From: a virus
Taxonomy: Duplodnaviria; Caudoviricetes
IMG/VR virus record: IMGVR_UViG_3300038393_001218
Location: 1 to 44,271 of that record
Length of the DNA: 44,271 nucleotides
Reading direction: 5' to 3' (one strand)
Positions 18,904 through 27,002 of this stretch are shown one piece after another; the first letter of the stretch is position 1, and every line of letters begins with the position of its first letter. The position numbers and the translations under genes are program-made. The notes under the pieces were generated by a model, which was given only the letters and a program-made list of their open reading frames with translations, did not search any database and had not been told where the DNA came from.

Positions 18904-19403
18904 GCTGGCCGCATATCCTGATTTATGCTGTCGTGATCGGGGTCGGACTGCCATCAGCGGTTCGTAACCCAGTTGCGGCGGCGTTGGTCGTAAACTGGGC
19001 CATAGGTGAGTTCTCATGGATGGTGAGCGGCGACAACCTCCCGCTCACCATTTACTTCATGGCCGATATTGCTGTCCTCGCAGTGATCTGTGCCAAGGCG
19101 ACATGGCGGGAAGGATGCCGAACCTACCCGTCATTTCGTGAGCAGCTCAGATGCTTTGGCCGCGCCCTGACCCTGTGGGATCGTTGGCTGATCGCCAGCT
19201 ACATTCTGGCGGCGTGGCCGATCTACGCTCTGACGATTAGCCCGTGGCTCAAATGGTGGTGCCTTTACTGGCTTGTAATCGCCCAGTTCCTGATGGCGGG
19301 CGGTGAAGCAATTCAATCCATGCTCGGTTCAAGAAAGGGGCGCGTAATGCCTGATCGACCACCGGGCGGCTTCGCATTCGTCGGAGCCGGAGATGGGGCT
19401 TGA
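18900..19403 (+). CDS. Integral membrane protein, about 5 TM segments
   Basis: Five hydrophobic segments containing polar residues (N, D, Q). Confidence 0.75.
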   Translation: MSWPHILIYAVVIGVGLPSAVRNPVAAALVVNWAIGEFSWMVSGDNLPLTIYFMADIAVLAVICAKATWREGCRTYPSFREQLRCFGRALTLWDRWLIASYILAAWPIYALTISPWLKWWCLYWLVIAQFLMAGGEAIQSMLGSRKGRVMPDRPPGGFAFVGAGDGA

Positions 19404-19782
19404 CCGCCTCGCATTTAGCCAGCTGTTCAACACCTCCTCGGCGGCGTGGGCGGCTGTTCTCATCCTCGCGCTGTTTGTTGCCAGGTTGTGGAGCGGCGCG
19501 CCGGCCATTCTCGATAAATGGTTGGCGTGGAAAGCAGCAAAGGCGGCCGAGCGCACAGCCTATTGGGACCGTCTGCTGAAAGAAATCAGTCGGCTCGATG
19601 AGCGTTGCGACCATCTCCAAGGCGAAGTTGACGAATGCCGCAAGCGCGAGGGCGAGTGGATGCAGCGCGCCATTGCGGCTGAAGCTTACCAACTCGGTGA
19701 AGGCGAAGCGCTCCAGAAAGCGCAGCGCATCGTGTCTGCTGAGCGGCAGATGGATGCCGACAAGAAGGGGAAGCCCGAATGA
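19393..19782 (+). CDS. Single-TM plus coiled-coil protein (holin/antiholin candidate)
   Basis: AAWAAVLILALFVARLW followed by a charged heptad region; directly precedes the endolysin. Confidence 0.6.
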   Translation: MGLDRLAFSQLFNTSSAAWAAVLILALFVARLWSGAPAILDKWLAWKAAKAAERTAYWDRLLKEISRLDERCDHLQGEVDECRKREGEWMQRAIAAEAYQLGEGEALQKAQRIVSAERQMDADKKGKPE

Positions 19783-20540
19783 CCGCCGAAGCCGCATTCG
19801 ACGCTCTGCGCGCATACAAACGCGAGCTGACGGGCGAGGGGCTATCACAAGCTGACGTCGATGCGGCGAACGCGCTATTCGCGACATGGCAACCGAGCCG
19901 CAATCCGACAGCGCTGGGCGACAGCGGGAAATTCTTCGACGCCATCCGTCCGCTGTTCGGCTCGCTCGCGCAACCCCAGGTCGATGGATGCGAGGCGCTG
20001 TTGCAGGCGTTCGGGGTATCGCGCTGGCCATTGGCGTGGGCGGCCTATGGATTGGCCACTGCTTTCCACGAGACCAACAAGACGATGCAGCCTGTCGAGG
20101 AGGCGTACTGGCTGAGCGATTCCGCAGCCGCCGCCTACTTCTTCAAGATGTACGATTCGCAAGGCTCGCGGCCCGATGTAGCAAAGCGGCTCGGCAATAC
20201 GCAGCCGGGAGACGGCGCGAAATACTGCGGGCGCGGTTTCGTGCAGCTAACTGGCCGCCGCAACTATTCGGATATGGCCGAACACACCGGCGCCGATCTC
20301 GCCAATCATTCCGAGCTCGCGCTGAGACCGGACATCGCCGCGAGGATCATGGTTTTCGGAATGGAGGCGGGAAGCTTCACCGGGAAGAAGCTCGCTGACT
20401 ATCTGCCGCTCTCGGGACAGGCAGGTTTCGATGCCTACACCCAAGCCCGCCGCATCATCAACGCGCTCGATAAAGCCCAAGAGATCGCCAACGAAGCCCT
20501 GAGGTTTGAAGCCGCCCTGATCGCAGGAAATTGGCGATGA
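19779..20540 (+). CDS. Endolysin, glycoside hydrolase family 19-like
   Basis: LATAFHET, LGNTQPGDGAKYCGRGFVQLTGRRNY, ARRIIN. Confidence 0.9.
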   Translation: MTAEAAFDALRAYKRELTGEGLSQADVDAANALFATWQPSRNPTALGDSGKFFDAIRPLFGSLAQPQVDGCEALLQAFGVSRWPLAWAAYGLATAFHETNKTMQPVEEAYWLSDSAAAAYFFKMYDSQGSRPDVAKRLGNTQPGDGAKYCGRGFVQLTGRRNYSDMAEHTGADLANHSELALRPDIAARIMVFGMEAGSFTGKKLADYLPLSGQAGFDAYTQARRIINALDKAQEIANEALRFEAALIAGNWR

Positions 20541-20887
20541 CCGAAGATCCCAAGAAAGCCAGCGGCGTGTTCCGTTTCGTGATTGGGTTGCTGACGATGG
20601 CAACGGCAATCGGCGGGTTCGCCGGGCTGTTCTTCGTCCCCATCCCGCACGGCAACGAGAACGCGATCATGTTTGCCCTTGGCTCGGTGTTCGGCTGGGC
20701 CGCGTCGGTTGTCGCGAGCGAGTATGGTGCGACGACGATCGGCCGCTCTGTTGCCGAGAGCGCGGTGCGAAGCATCGAGCGCCAGAACATTGCCAACGAG
20801 CCGCTAACTGCGACGGGCGAACCTACACCCGTCACCGTCACCAATGAGTCGGACAACCCCATTCCTGTTCAGGAGAATACACCATGA
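20537..20887 (+). CDS. Two-TM holin candidate
   Basis: Two hydrophobic helices, FVPIPHGNEN loop; follows the endolysin. Confidence 0.6.
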   Translation: MTEDPKKASGVFRFVIGLLTMATAIGGFAGLFFVPIPHGNENAIMFALGSVFGWAASVVASEYGATTIGRSVAESAVRSIERQNIANEPLTATGEPTPVTVTNESDNPIPVQENTP

Positions 20888-21045
20888 GCATTCTCATATT
20901 CGCCTTGATCGTCATCGTCCTTCTCGCCCTGCTCGTCTGGGCGGTGGACATGCTGCCCTTGGGCTCGCCGTTCAACAACATCGTCAAGGTGCTCATCATC
21001 GTCATCGGTGTGCTGGTGATCGCTCAGAAAGCAGGGTTGTTATGA
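20884..21045 (+). CDS. Small two-TM membrane protein, 53 aa (not in ORF track)
   Basis: AGGAG RBS; MSILIFALIVIVLLALLVWAVDMLPLGSPFNNIVKVLIIVIGVLVIAQKAGLL. Confidence 0.7.
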   Translation: MSILIFALIVIVLLALLVWAVDMLPLGSPFNNIVKVLIIVIGVLVIAQKAGLL

Positions 21046-21437
21046 TCTCTCTCCTCTTCCTCGCGCCGGTCCTCGTCCACATTGAGGGCCATGCCTATGA
21101 CTGCGGCTCTCCGAGAATCGATGCTCACGGCAATGTGTCGATGGCTGGCGATTGTTACCGAAGGGTCGCCGCGCTCTTCGTCCATGCTCCCGGCCATCAG
21201 TGCCGAGTGCCAACAGCGGCATATGACTACGCCGACGCCATCGATGAGCATGTCGTGAGCAATGAGATGTCCAGAGCTGACGCAAAAGCGATGGAGAGGT
21301 TCGGCTATTGCCTATGCGGACCTGAGGGCACGGTAGATTGGGATCCACGGCCGCATAATCCCGGAGGATATTTCGCGCACCCGAGCTGTAACCGCAACGG
21401 CTGGAACGGCCATCGCTACGTGGGAAAACGAAGATGA
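21042..21437 (+). CDS. Hypothetical Cys-containing, possibly exported protein
   Basis: ATGA overlap; short hydrophobic N-terminus; six Cys residues. Confidence 0.5.
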   Translation: MISLLFLAPVLVHIEGHAYDCGSPRIDAHGNVSMAGDCYRRVAALFVHAPGHQCRVPTAAYDYADAIDEHVVSNEMSRADAKAMERFGYCLCGPEGTVDWDPRPHNPGGYFAHPSCNRNGWNGHRYVGKRR

Positions 21438-21556
21438 TCCGCCGCTTCATCCATTGGTGGCGATCCTCGGTGACAGGGCGCTTTGTCAGCCGCGCCTACG
21501 CCAAGGAGCATCCCGACACCACCGAAGAGCAAAAACGTCCCATGCGCGACGATTAA
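21434..21556 (+). CDS. Hypothetical 40-aa protein (not in ORF track)
   Basis: MIRRFIHWWRSSVTGRFVSRAYAKEHPDTTEEQKRPMRDD; ATGA overlap. Confidence 0.55.
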   Translation: MIRRFIHWWRSSVTGRFVSRAYAKEHPDTTEEQKRPMRDD

Positions 21557-21574
21557 CTCTGAAGGAGAACGACC

Positions 21575-21697
21575 ATGCCTAAGATCGATCCCAGCGCCGA
21601 ATACCGTGTCGCCAAGACTTGGGCAAACGGCCATGTGCTCATTGCGGTGATCGCCGCCGCTATCGCCGGGTTCATTCTCGGCGCGCTGTTGCTCTGA
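21575..21697 (+). CDS. 40-aa protein with C-terminal TM segment (not in ORF track)
   Basis: AAGGAG RBS; ...HVLIAVIAAAIAGFILGALLL. Confidence 0.65.
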   Translation: MPKIDPSAEYRVAKTWANGHVLIAVIAAAIAGFILGALLL

Positions 21698-22137
21698 TGT
21701 TCGGCTTCTCCACCGTCAAGCTCATTGGGCTTGCCATAGCTGCAGCCTCGATCCTGTCGTTCGTGCTGCTGGCCTTCCACTGGAAGAACACGATGACCGA
21801 GCGAGGAGAAAAGCTCACCGCCATCTGTCAAGCAACCCGAGCGGCATCCGGTCAGCCCAAGCTTAAATGCTCCGAGGTTCCGGCACAGATCCAGTTCATG
21901 GGTGAAGCCATCGGCACGCTGACCACCGCCATCCATAAGCAGAATGACGCGGTTGCCGCAATGGGGGAGAAGACCGCTCAGCTGCAAGCCGAGAGCGCGA
22001 AAGCCTCTCAGGCGGCTCAGGAACGCGCTCAAGGCGCTCAGGCTACCTCGACACGTCTGGAGGCGTCTTCGCGCTCTGGTGAGCGTCAGGCGAAGCCCTG
22101 TGAGCTTTCCAAGGAACTGAAGGGATCGTGGCAATGA
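21697..22137 (+). CDS. i-spanin (Rz-like)
   Basis: N-terminal TM, coiled coil, C-terminal Cys; upstream of a lipoprotein. Confidence 0.75.
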   Translation: MFGFSTVKLIGLAIAAASILSFVLLAFHWKNTMTERGEKLTAICQATRAASGQPKLKCSEVPAQIQFMGEAIGTLTTAIHKQNDAVAAMGEKTAQLQAESAKASQAAQERAQGAQATSTRLEASSRSGERQAKPCELSKELKGSWQ

Positions 22138-22436
22138 AATTGATAATTATATTATTGCCGCTCGCGCTAGCCGCTTGCCAGACCCCTGCCGTCCGCACCC
22201 AAACGGTTGAGGTCAAGGTTCCCGTCTCGGTTCAGCCGATCAAGGCCGAGCAAGTGCCAGCTGTCCCGTCGCCGCTTGGTCCTCGTCCCTCAAGCCCATC
22301 AGCCGCCGCCGACATGCTTCTAGCGAAGGTGTGCCAGTTCGTCGGCTACGCGCTGAAGGCCGATCCTCTGCTGAGACTGTCGGCCGGCGAGCAACCCAAA
22401 ATACTTCCGAAGTATCCCGAATGCGGAGAGAGATGA
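22134..22436 (+). CDS. o-spanin (Rz1-like lipoprotein)
   Basis: MKLIIILLPLALAAC lipobox; Pro-rich mature part. Confidence 0.75.
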   Translation: MKLIIILLPLALAACQTPAVRTQTVEVKVPVSVQPIKAEQVPAVPSPLGPRPSSPSAAADMLLAKVCQFVGYALKADPLLRLSAGEQPKILPKYPECGER

Positions 22437-23740
22437 TGAACCGCTATCTCCTAGCCCTACTGGCCACGGTGTGCATCTCCGTTCCTGCCCAAGCCAAGGT
22501 CTGCCGCGACAGTCATGGACGGTTCGTGAAGTGTCCGACGCAGACTTGCTCTGACGGCACGGTGATCCCACTGACCAGCACATGTCCCACGCCAACGCCG
22601 ACACCAACTCCGACGCCCACGCCAGTTCCAACCACCATCACCTATCCCGTGGTGTCCCCTAATGGTCTCAAGGGCGAGTTCGACGTCGCTGACACTTTCG
22701 ACGTGAATACGACGCTGATGCCCACGGTCGAGACGGTTCCCGCGAGTGCAGATCCTGTTGGCGCGTTCCGCTTCACCTGCCTTGCCGGGCAACTCGCAAA
22801 GGATGACCCGATCGTCTATCCGGGACAGCCTGGTGCGTCGCATCTCCACCAGTTCTTCGGCAACACTGCGACGAACGCCAATTCGACCTATCAGAGCTTG
22901 CGGACGAGCGGCGGCTCGACTTGCACGGTCAACGGACTCAGCGTGTCGCCGCAGCGCACTGCTTACTGGATGCCGGCAATGCTCGATGGAGTGGGAAATG
23001 TCGTCAAACCGGACTTCATCCTCACCTATTACAAGCAATTGCCGACCGGCAACCCGGAGTGCAAGGGTGCTCCTGATGCTACCCATGTCGGATTTTGTGT
23101 GCCGATCCCTAACGGTATCAGGTTCATCGTCGGATACAATATGGCGACTGGAAACGGCGGCCCGACATCCGACCCCAATGGCCCATTCTCAGCCGATTAC
23201 TGGGGTGAGGGATTCGAGTGCGAAAGCCCCGATCAGCAGACCTCAAGGACTGGTTTCAAACACTCGTTCCAGGAGATAATCGATACCGGCAAGTGCCTTG
23301 TCGGCGACTATCTGCGCGTGGCTATCGCCTTTCCCGATTGTTGGGATGGAAAGAACCTGGACACTGCCGACCACAGGTCACATCTGGCCTATCCGAACGG
23401 CGCGCTGATCGACAACTTCCTGCCCGCCTGTCCCGCGGATCATCCTTATTCGATCCCGCAGATTGCTGAGCAAGTGTTCTTTCGCGTCGATGCCAATTTC
23501 CTCGCCGGCAAGTGGGAATTATCCTGCGATCAGATGACGGGTGGGAAGCCAAAAGGGGCATGCCTTCACTTCGACTATTGGGAGGCCTGGTCACCAGTGG
23601 TCAAGAACATGTGGCAGACCGGCTGCATCGATGGTCATCTAAGCTGCAATGTCGGTGAAATGGGCAACGGCCAGTCGATCATCGGAATGCAGCAAACGCA
23701 TCCCACCCATGTGCTGGTGCCACTGTCGTCGATACCTTAG
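22433..23740 (+). CDS. Secreted DUF1996-like protein with PT linker
   Basis: Signal peptide (AQA), (PT)n linker, DDPIVYPGQPGASHLHQFFGN, AYWMP, FPDCWDGKNLDTADHRSHLAY, CPADHP, HFDYW. Confidence 0.85.
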   Translation: MMNRYLLALLATVCISVPAQAKVCRDSHGRFVKCPTQTCSDGTVIPLTSTCPTPTPTPTPTPTPVPTTITYPVVSPNGLKGEFDVADTFDVNTTLMPTVETVPASADPVGAFRFTCLAGQLAKDDPIVYPGQPGASHLHQFFGNTATNANSTYQSLRTSGGSTCTVNGLSVSPQRTAYWMPAMLDGVGNVVKPDFILTYYKQLPTGNPECKGAPDATHVGFCVPIPNGIRFIVGYNMATGNGGPTSDPNGPFSADYWGEGFECESPDQQTSRTGFKHSFQEIIDTGKCLVGDYLRVAIAFPDCWDGKNLDTADHRSHLAYPNGALIDNFLPACPADHPYSIPQIAEQVFFRVDANFLAGKWELSCDQMTGGKPKGACLHFDYWEAWSPVVKNMWQTGCIDGHLSCNVGEMGNGQSIIGMQQTHPTHVLVPLSSIP

Positions 23741-23943
23741 ATCGCTCCATTGGTTCGTCGCTGTCGTTCAGCTTCGGCCTCACGCAACGCATCCCTCTCC
23801 TTAAGCAGGGTAGAGATCGCTTCTAGCAACGCGCGCAAATCTGGCTTGCAGACAACCGTGTGGCCATTGTGAATCGTGCCGCCATAGCTGACTGCTAGGG
23901 CGCGTTTGGCCCGCTCGATCAGCTTCTCATAGTCACTCGGCAT
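23737..23943 (-). CDS. Hypothetical protein
   Basis: Part of a chain of overlapping leftward genes. Confidence 0.55.
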   Translation of the reverse strand: MPSDYEKLIERAKRALAVSYGGTIHNGHTVVCKPDLRALLEAISTLLKERDALREAEAERQRRTNGAI

Positions 23944-24145
23944 TGCTTGTGTCCTTCGGGGCTTGGCAGGTGTTCCACGCATCCTTGGCGTCAACAGCGC
24001 AGCGCTCCCAAGGTCCGGTAGCGTGACAATTCTCACAGTGTACGTTGAATACAAGCCCGTGACCGTTGTCGCTGATAGCGAGCTTGTCGCCATTGCAGAA
24101 CGGGCATGACACGAAGTCCTCGCGTTTCAGCTCAACCTCACCCAT
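23933..24145 (-). CDS. Lar-family restriction alleviation protein
   Basis: CPFCNG...VHCENCHATGP...AKDAWN. Confidence 0.8.
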   Translation of the reverse strand: MGEVELKREDFVSCPFCNGDKLAISDNGHGLVFNVHCENCHATGPWERCAVDAKDAWNTCQAPKDTSNAE

Positions 24146-24281
24146 TACGACTTCCCTTCTGAAAGCGCTTGAGAAAATAGTTGATGTTGCGGTCGTTCTC
24201 TTCATAGCGCTCGGTTGGCGTTTGGCCGCAGCCGTGAGGGCAGCGGAACAGGTAGCCGTAGTCGCCATGCGCACAACGCAT
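24138..24281 (-). CDS. Hypothetical 47-aa protein (not in ORF track)
   Basis: AGGAG RBS; MRCAHGDYGYLFRCPHGC...; coupled overlaps. Confidence 0.5.
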   Translation of the reverse strand: MRCAHGDYGYLFRCPHGCGQTPTERYEENDRNINYFLKRFQKGSRNG

Positions 24282-24451
24282 CACGGTTCTCCTGCTGTCT
24301 GTGAGCGAAGGTTAACGACCGGTATGTTATCGAGCTGTCGCATTCTTCCCGCCACCGGATCGTAAGTGAAGCTGACCATGTGCGCCTGATCTGGGCGGAG
24401 TTTCGGGTCTTCGTAAATATCGATCCCTAAAAACGATCCGACCTTTTTCAC
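24281..24451 (-). CDS. Hypothetical 56-aa protein (not in ORF track)
   Basis: GGAGG RBS, GTG start overlapping the previous stop codon. Confidence 0.5.
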   Translation of the reverse strand: MKKVGSFLGIDIYEDPKLRPDQAHMVSFTYDPVAGRMRQLDNIPVVNLRSQTAGEP

Positions 24452-24837
24452 GACTTCCCTCCTTCAGCTCGTGCTCTTAGGGCGGCGGCGCAGAGAGCGA
24501 GTGCGGGAGTTGCGGCCCTGCTTTCCTTGCCCGAATAGTAGGGATAGCGCACCAGCGCCTCGCCGTGGTCGAGATATACTTCGATGCTGGCGATCATCCA
24601 CTCCGGCACCAGTGTCACCGCTGCGTCGAGGGAGGCGGTGTAGCTGGGAATGCAGACCAGCGGACTTTCGCGATCAGCCTCCTTAGCAATCTCCGCCACA
24701 GTGTTGTGCGGTGAGCCAGCCATTAAACTCTCTAGCCGCTTGGCTGCTGGCCCGCATTCAATCGCGATTGCCACGTCCAACTCGCGCTGTGGCCCCGTCG
24801 CCTTCTCGCACCGCTCAGCAAGCTCCAACTTATCCAT
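24448..24837 (-). CDS. Conserved phage protein (ABA-sandwich / BC1872-like)
   Basis: RELDVAIA, PSYTASLDAAVTLVP, AATPALALCAAALRA. Confidence 0.65.
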   Translation of the reverse strand: MDKLELAERCEKATGPQRELDVAIAIECGPAAKRLESLMAGSPHNTVAEIAKEADRESPLVCIPSYTASLDAAVTLVPEWMIASIEVYLDHGEALVRYPYYSGKESRAATPALALCAAALRARAEGGKS

Positions 24838-25093
24838 CCTGCTTCTCGTTTGGGGAAAGGGCGGCGCGCGCCTCATCCTGCATTTGCTCGTGCGGCTGAT
24901 CCGCCCAATCGGTCACGCACTCGCCTGTTTCGATGCGCTGCAACGCGACCTTGAACCGCTCGTTCTCCTCCATCACCGGTTCGATGAGCGCGAGAACGGA
25001 ATCGGCTGCGTCACCGAAATCTGACGGCCCGTACTGTGTTGGCGCGCGCCAGTTGTCATAAATCGCCCGCGCGATCTTTTCCCGCATCGTCAT
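24830..25093 (-). CDS. Hypothetical protein
   Basis: MREKIARAI N-terminus; part of the operon chain. Confidence 0.55.
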   Translation of the reverse strand: MTMREKIARAIYDNWRAPTQYGPSDFGDAADSVLALIEPVMEENERFKVALQRIETGECVTDWADQPHEQMQDEARAALSPNEKQDG

Positions 25094-25177
25094 ATCAGCA
25101 AGTCCTATCGTCGATGATTTTGGCAAGGTAGTAGAGGCCCACAATTGCCAGCATGAGCAGGAGGGTTTGTGCGGGGG

Positions 25178-25558
25178 TCACAGTTTGGGCTCCCGCATCT
25201 CAGTCATGGGTGACTCCTCGGTGAGGACGGCGACAACGGCTTCGTAAGCCTCGTGAACCAGATCGCTCGCACTCAATATGCCGCTCGCTCTGAGCCTGTC
25301 GGATAGAATGAACATTGCCTCGCGCACCTGTTCGTCTTGAGTCCGCAGCCGTTCGTTTTCCTTCACCAGCTCCTCGATCTCCCGCATAGTGTAAGTCGAG
25401 AATCGAGTGATTTGGCCTTCACGGAGCGCGCGGGCTTCCTTGTAGAGCTTATTCGCAGCAGCCACGCGAAGAGGATTGTCGCTTTCGCCTTTTTCGAGTT
25501 CCCGAGCGCGGCGCACAAGTTCCTGTGCCCGCATTTCTCCATCTTCACCTGTTGTCAT
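25178..25558 (-). CDS. Hypothetical coiled-coil protein
   Basis: ATGA coupling with the upstream gene. Confidence 0.55.
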   Translation of the reverse strand: MTTGEDGEMRAQELVRRARELEKGESDNPLRVAAANKLYKEARALREGQITRFSTYTMREIEELVKENERLRTQDEQVREAMFILSDRLRASGILSASDLVHEAYEAVVAVLTEESPMTEMREPKL

Positions 25559-25770
25559 GAGGATGCACCTTCGAGCTTGGCTACGACGCACGACCTGATG
25601 TATCTCAGCCGTGTCGTCATTCGGCGGTTGTTGGCGTTCTTATCGATTTGCTTGTCGAGCCACTCCAGCGCTTCAAGCTCTGCCAGACGAAACAGCAACG
25701 CGTCCTTTTCGCTGACTACCGGACTTGGTGAGCCCGACGCATGAGGTTTCACGCTCCTACCGGTCATCAT
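25555..25770 (-). CDS. Hypothetical protein
   Basis: Coupled overlaps on both sides. Confidence 0.5.
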   Translation of the reverse strand: MMTGRSVKPHASGSPSPVVSEKDALLFRLAELEALEWLDKQIDKNANNRRMTTRLRYIRSCVVAKLEGASS

Positions 25771-25958
25771 ACGTCACCTTCGAGCTTGGCGAGGAGGGCG
25801 TCGAGGTCGTTGATGCTGTCAGCGATCCACGCGTCAGGATGCCCCTTGTAGAGATAGTCGCCGCGCTTCGTGCATTGATGCTCAGCTGCGTCCACGAGCC
25901 TTTGCCGGATCGTCCCAAGCACAATAGGCAGCGCTGCCCCTGCTTCTTGGTTTGTCAT
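25767..25958 (-). CDS. Hypothetical protein
   Basis: GGAG RBS; coupled overlaps. Confidence 0.5.
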   Translation of the reverse strand: MTNQEAGAALPIVLGTIRQRLVDAAEHQCTKRGDYLYKGHPDAWIADSINDLDALLAKLEGDV

Positions 25959-26413
25959 GCTGACAATTCTCCATGATAAAGCCGCACCAGATCTCCGACA
26001 CGGAATCCGCCAGAGTAGTCTCCGGGCACGTCGCAATAGATGCGGTAATCATCGCCAGCAGGCCGAACGGCTAAGTAGGTCCAGACTTTCTTGCTGCCTT
26101 CCCTTTCGTCCTGAGAGCCAGCCACACTGATACTTTCGATGACGACTGGTGCTCCGGTGCAAGCCTCTTTAGGATCCTTCAGCGGGGGATAGGTAACGCG
26201 CGGTGGGCGAGGCACGCTCAGATATTCCGTACGCACTATCCGCTTTGAAATGACATCGCGCTTCACCGGCACCATGTTTCCCATGACGGTTCCGATGTAG
26301 GAGCACCCCCACGCGCCAGTTCCTAGAAACGCGCTGAGAATGGCGGCCAAATATACCCGCTGCCTCACCGTGGCGTCTCGGAAAAGCGCCCGAAGTTCGC
26401 CGCCAATGGTCAC
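25955..26413 (-). CDS. Membrane-anchored hypothetical protein
   Basis: VYLAAILSAFLGTGAWGC TM segment; beta-rich C-terminus. Confidence 0.55.
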   Translation of the reverse strand: MTIGGELRALFRDATVRQRVYLAAILSAFLGTGAWGCSYIGTVMGNMVPVKRDVISKRIVRTEYLSVPRPPRVTYPPLKDPKEACTGAPVVIESISVAGSQDEREGSKKVWTYLAVRPAGDDYRIYCDVPGDYSGGFRVGDLVRLYHGELSA

Positions 26414-26431
26414 TCTGCTTCTCGATGTGGG

Positions 26432-26944
26432 TTAGGTGTGGTCATGATCGCCTCCTTGGGCGTCTCCCTTCGGGCTGCGTTGTTGTTCGCGCACGAGGCG
26501 ATACGCATGGGACCGGCTGATACCGTACTTCGCAGAAAGCTTGCGGCCACCTAAGCCGCGCTTCGCATCATCGCGAATCTGCGCCACTGTTCCGTCAGAC
26601 AACCGAATGCCGTTTGTGCGCGAAAACGTTCCGTGCATGATTTGATGCCTGGTGTTTTCGGAGCGCGTTACCCACGCCAGATTGTCGGGACAGTTGTTGC
26701 CCTTATCGCCATTAAGATGGGCGCACTCTAAACCCAGTGGACACGGGCCGTGAAATGCCTCGGCGACTAGCCGATGGACCTTCCGTTTAACGCACCGGCC
26801 GTTCACCGTCAGATTGACGTAGCGGTATCCGTAGCGGTCAATCGCCCCGTAGAGACGTTGCCCAGTGCGACAGTTGTGAATGTGCCCACCTTCGGACGCG
26901 GCGTAGCCGATGCACGAGGGGATGACGCGCCAACGCTTACTCAT
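26432..26944 (-). CDS. HNH homing endonuclease with C-terminal HTH, inserted in hairpin element C
   Basis: VHRLVAEAFHG..CAHLNGDKGNNCPDNLAWVTRSEN. Confidence 0.9.
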   Translation of the reverse strand: MSKRWRVIPSCIGYAASEGGHIHNCRTGQRLYGAIDRYGYRYVNLTVNGRCVKRKVHRLVAEAFHGPCPLGLECAHLNGDKGNNCPDNLAWVTRSENTRHQIMHGTFSRTNGIRLSDGTVAQIRDDAKRGLGGRKLSAKYGISRSHAYRLVREQQRSPKGDAQGGDHDHT

Positions 26945-27002
26945 TACTGCCAGCCTTCGGCCTCAGCCCCTTCGGGTCTTCGCGGAGTGGCATCCCTGAC
27001 GC
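26460..27002 (-). repeat. GAA-hairpin element copy C, split (5' half 27002-26947, 3' half 26478-26460)
   Basis: GCGTCAGGGAT...GCCGAAGGCTGGCAG / GCAGCCCGAAGGGAGACGC; closing stem GCGTC/GACGC. Confidence 0.7.

Noticed and set aside
19249-20398. Long antisense or alternative-frame ORFs over the lysis genes (and similar ones elsewhere)
   Set aside because: Arg/Ala/Pro-rich shadow ORFs typical of GC-rich DNA, with no motifs or RBS.
22585-22632. CRISPR-like or VNTR array
   Set aside because: Degenerate codons for a Pro-Thr linker; no spacers. No CRISPR array was seen anywhere in the window.
25712-25765. Nested stem ACCGG..GCGTGA/TCATGC..CCGGT on the minus strand
   Set aside because: Single copy with short stems in GC-rich coding DNA; no covariation evidence.
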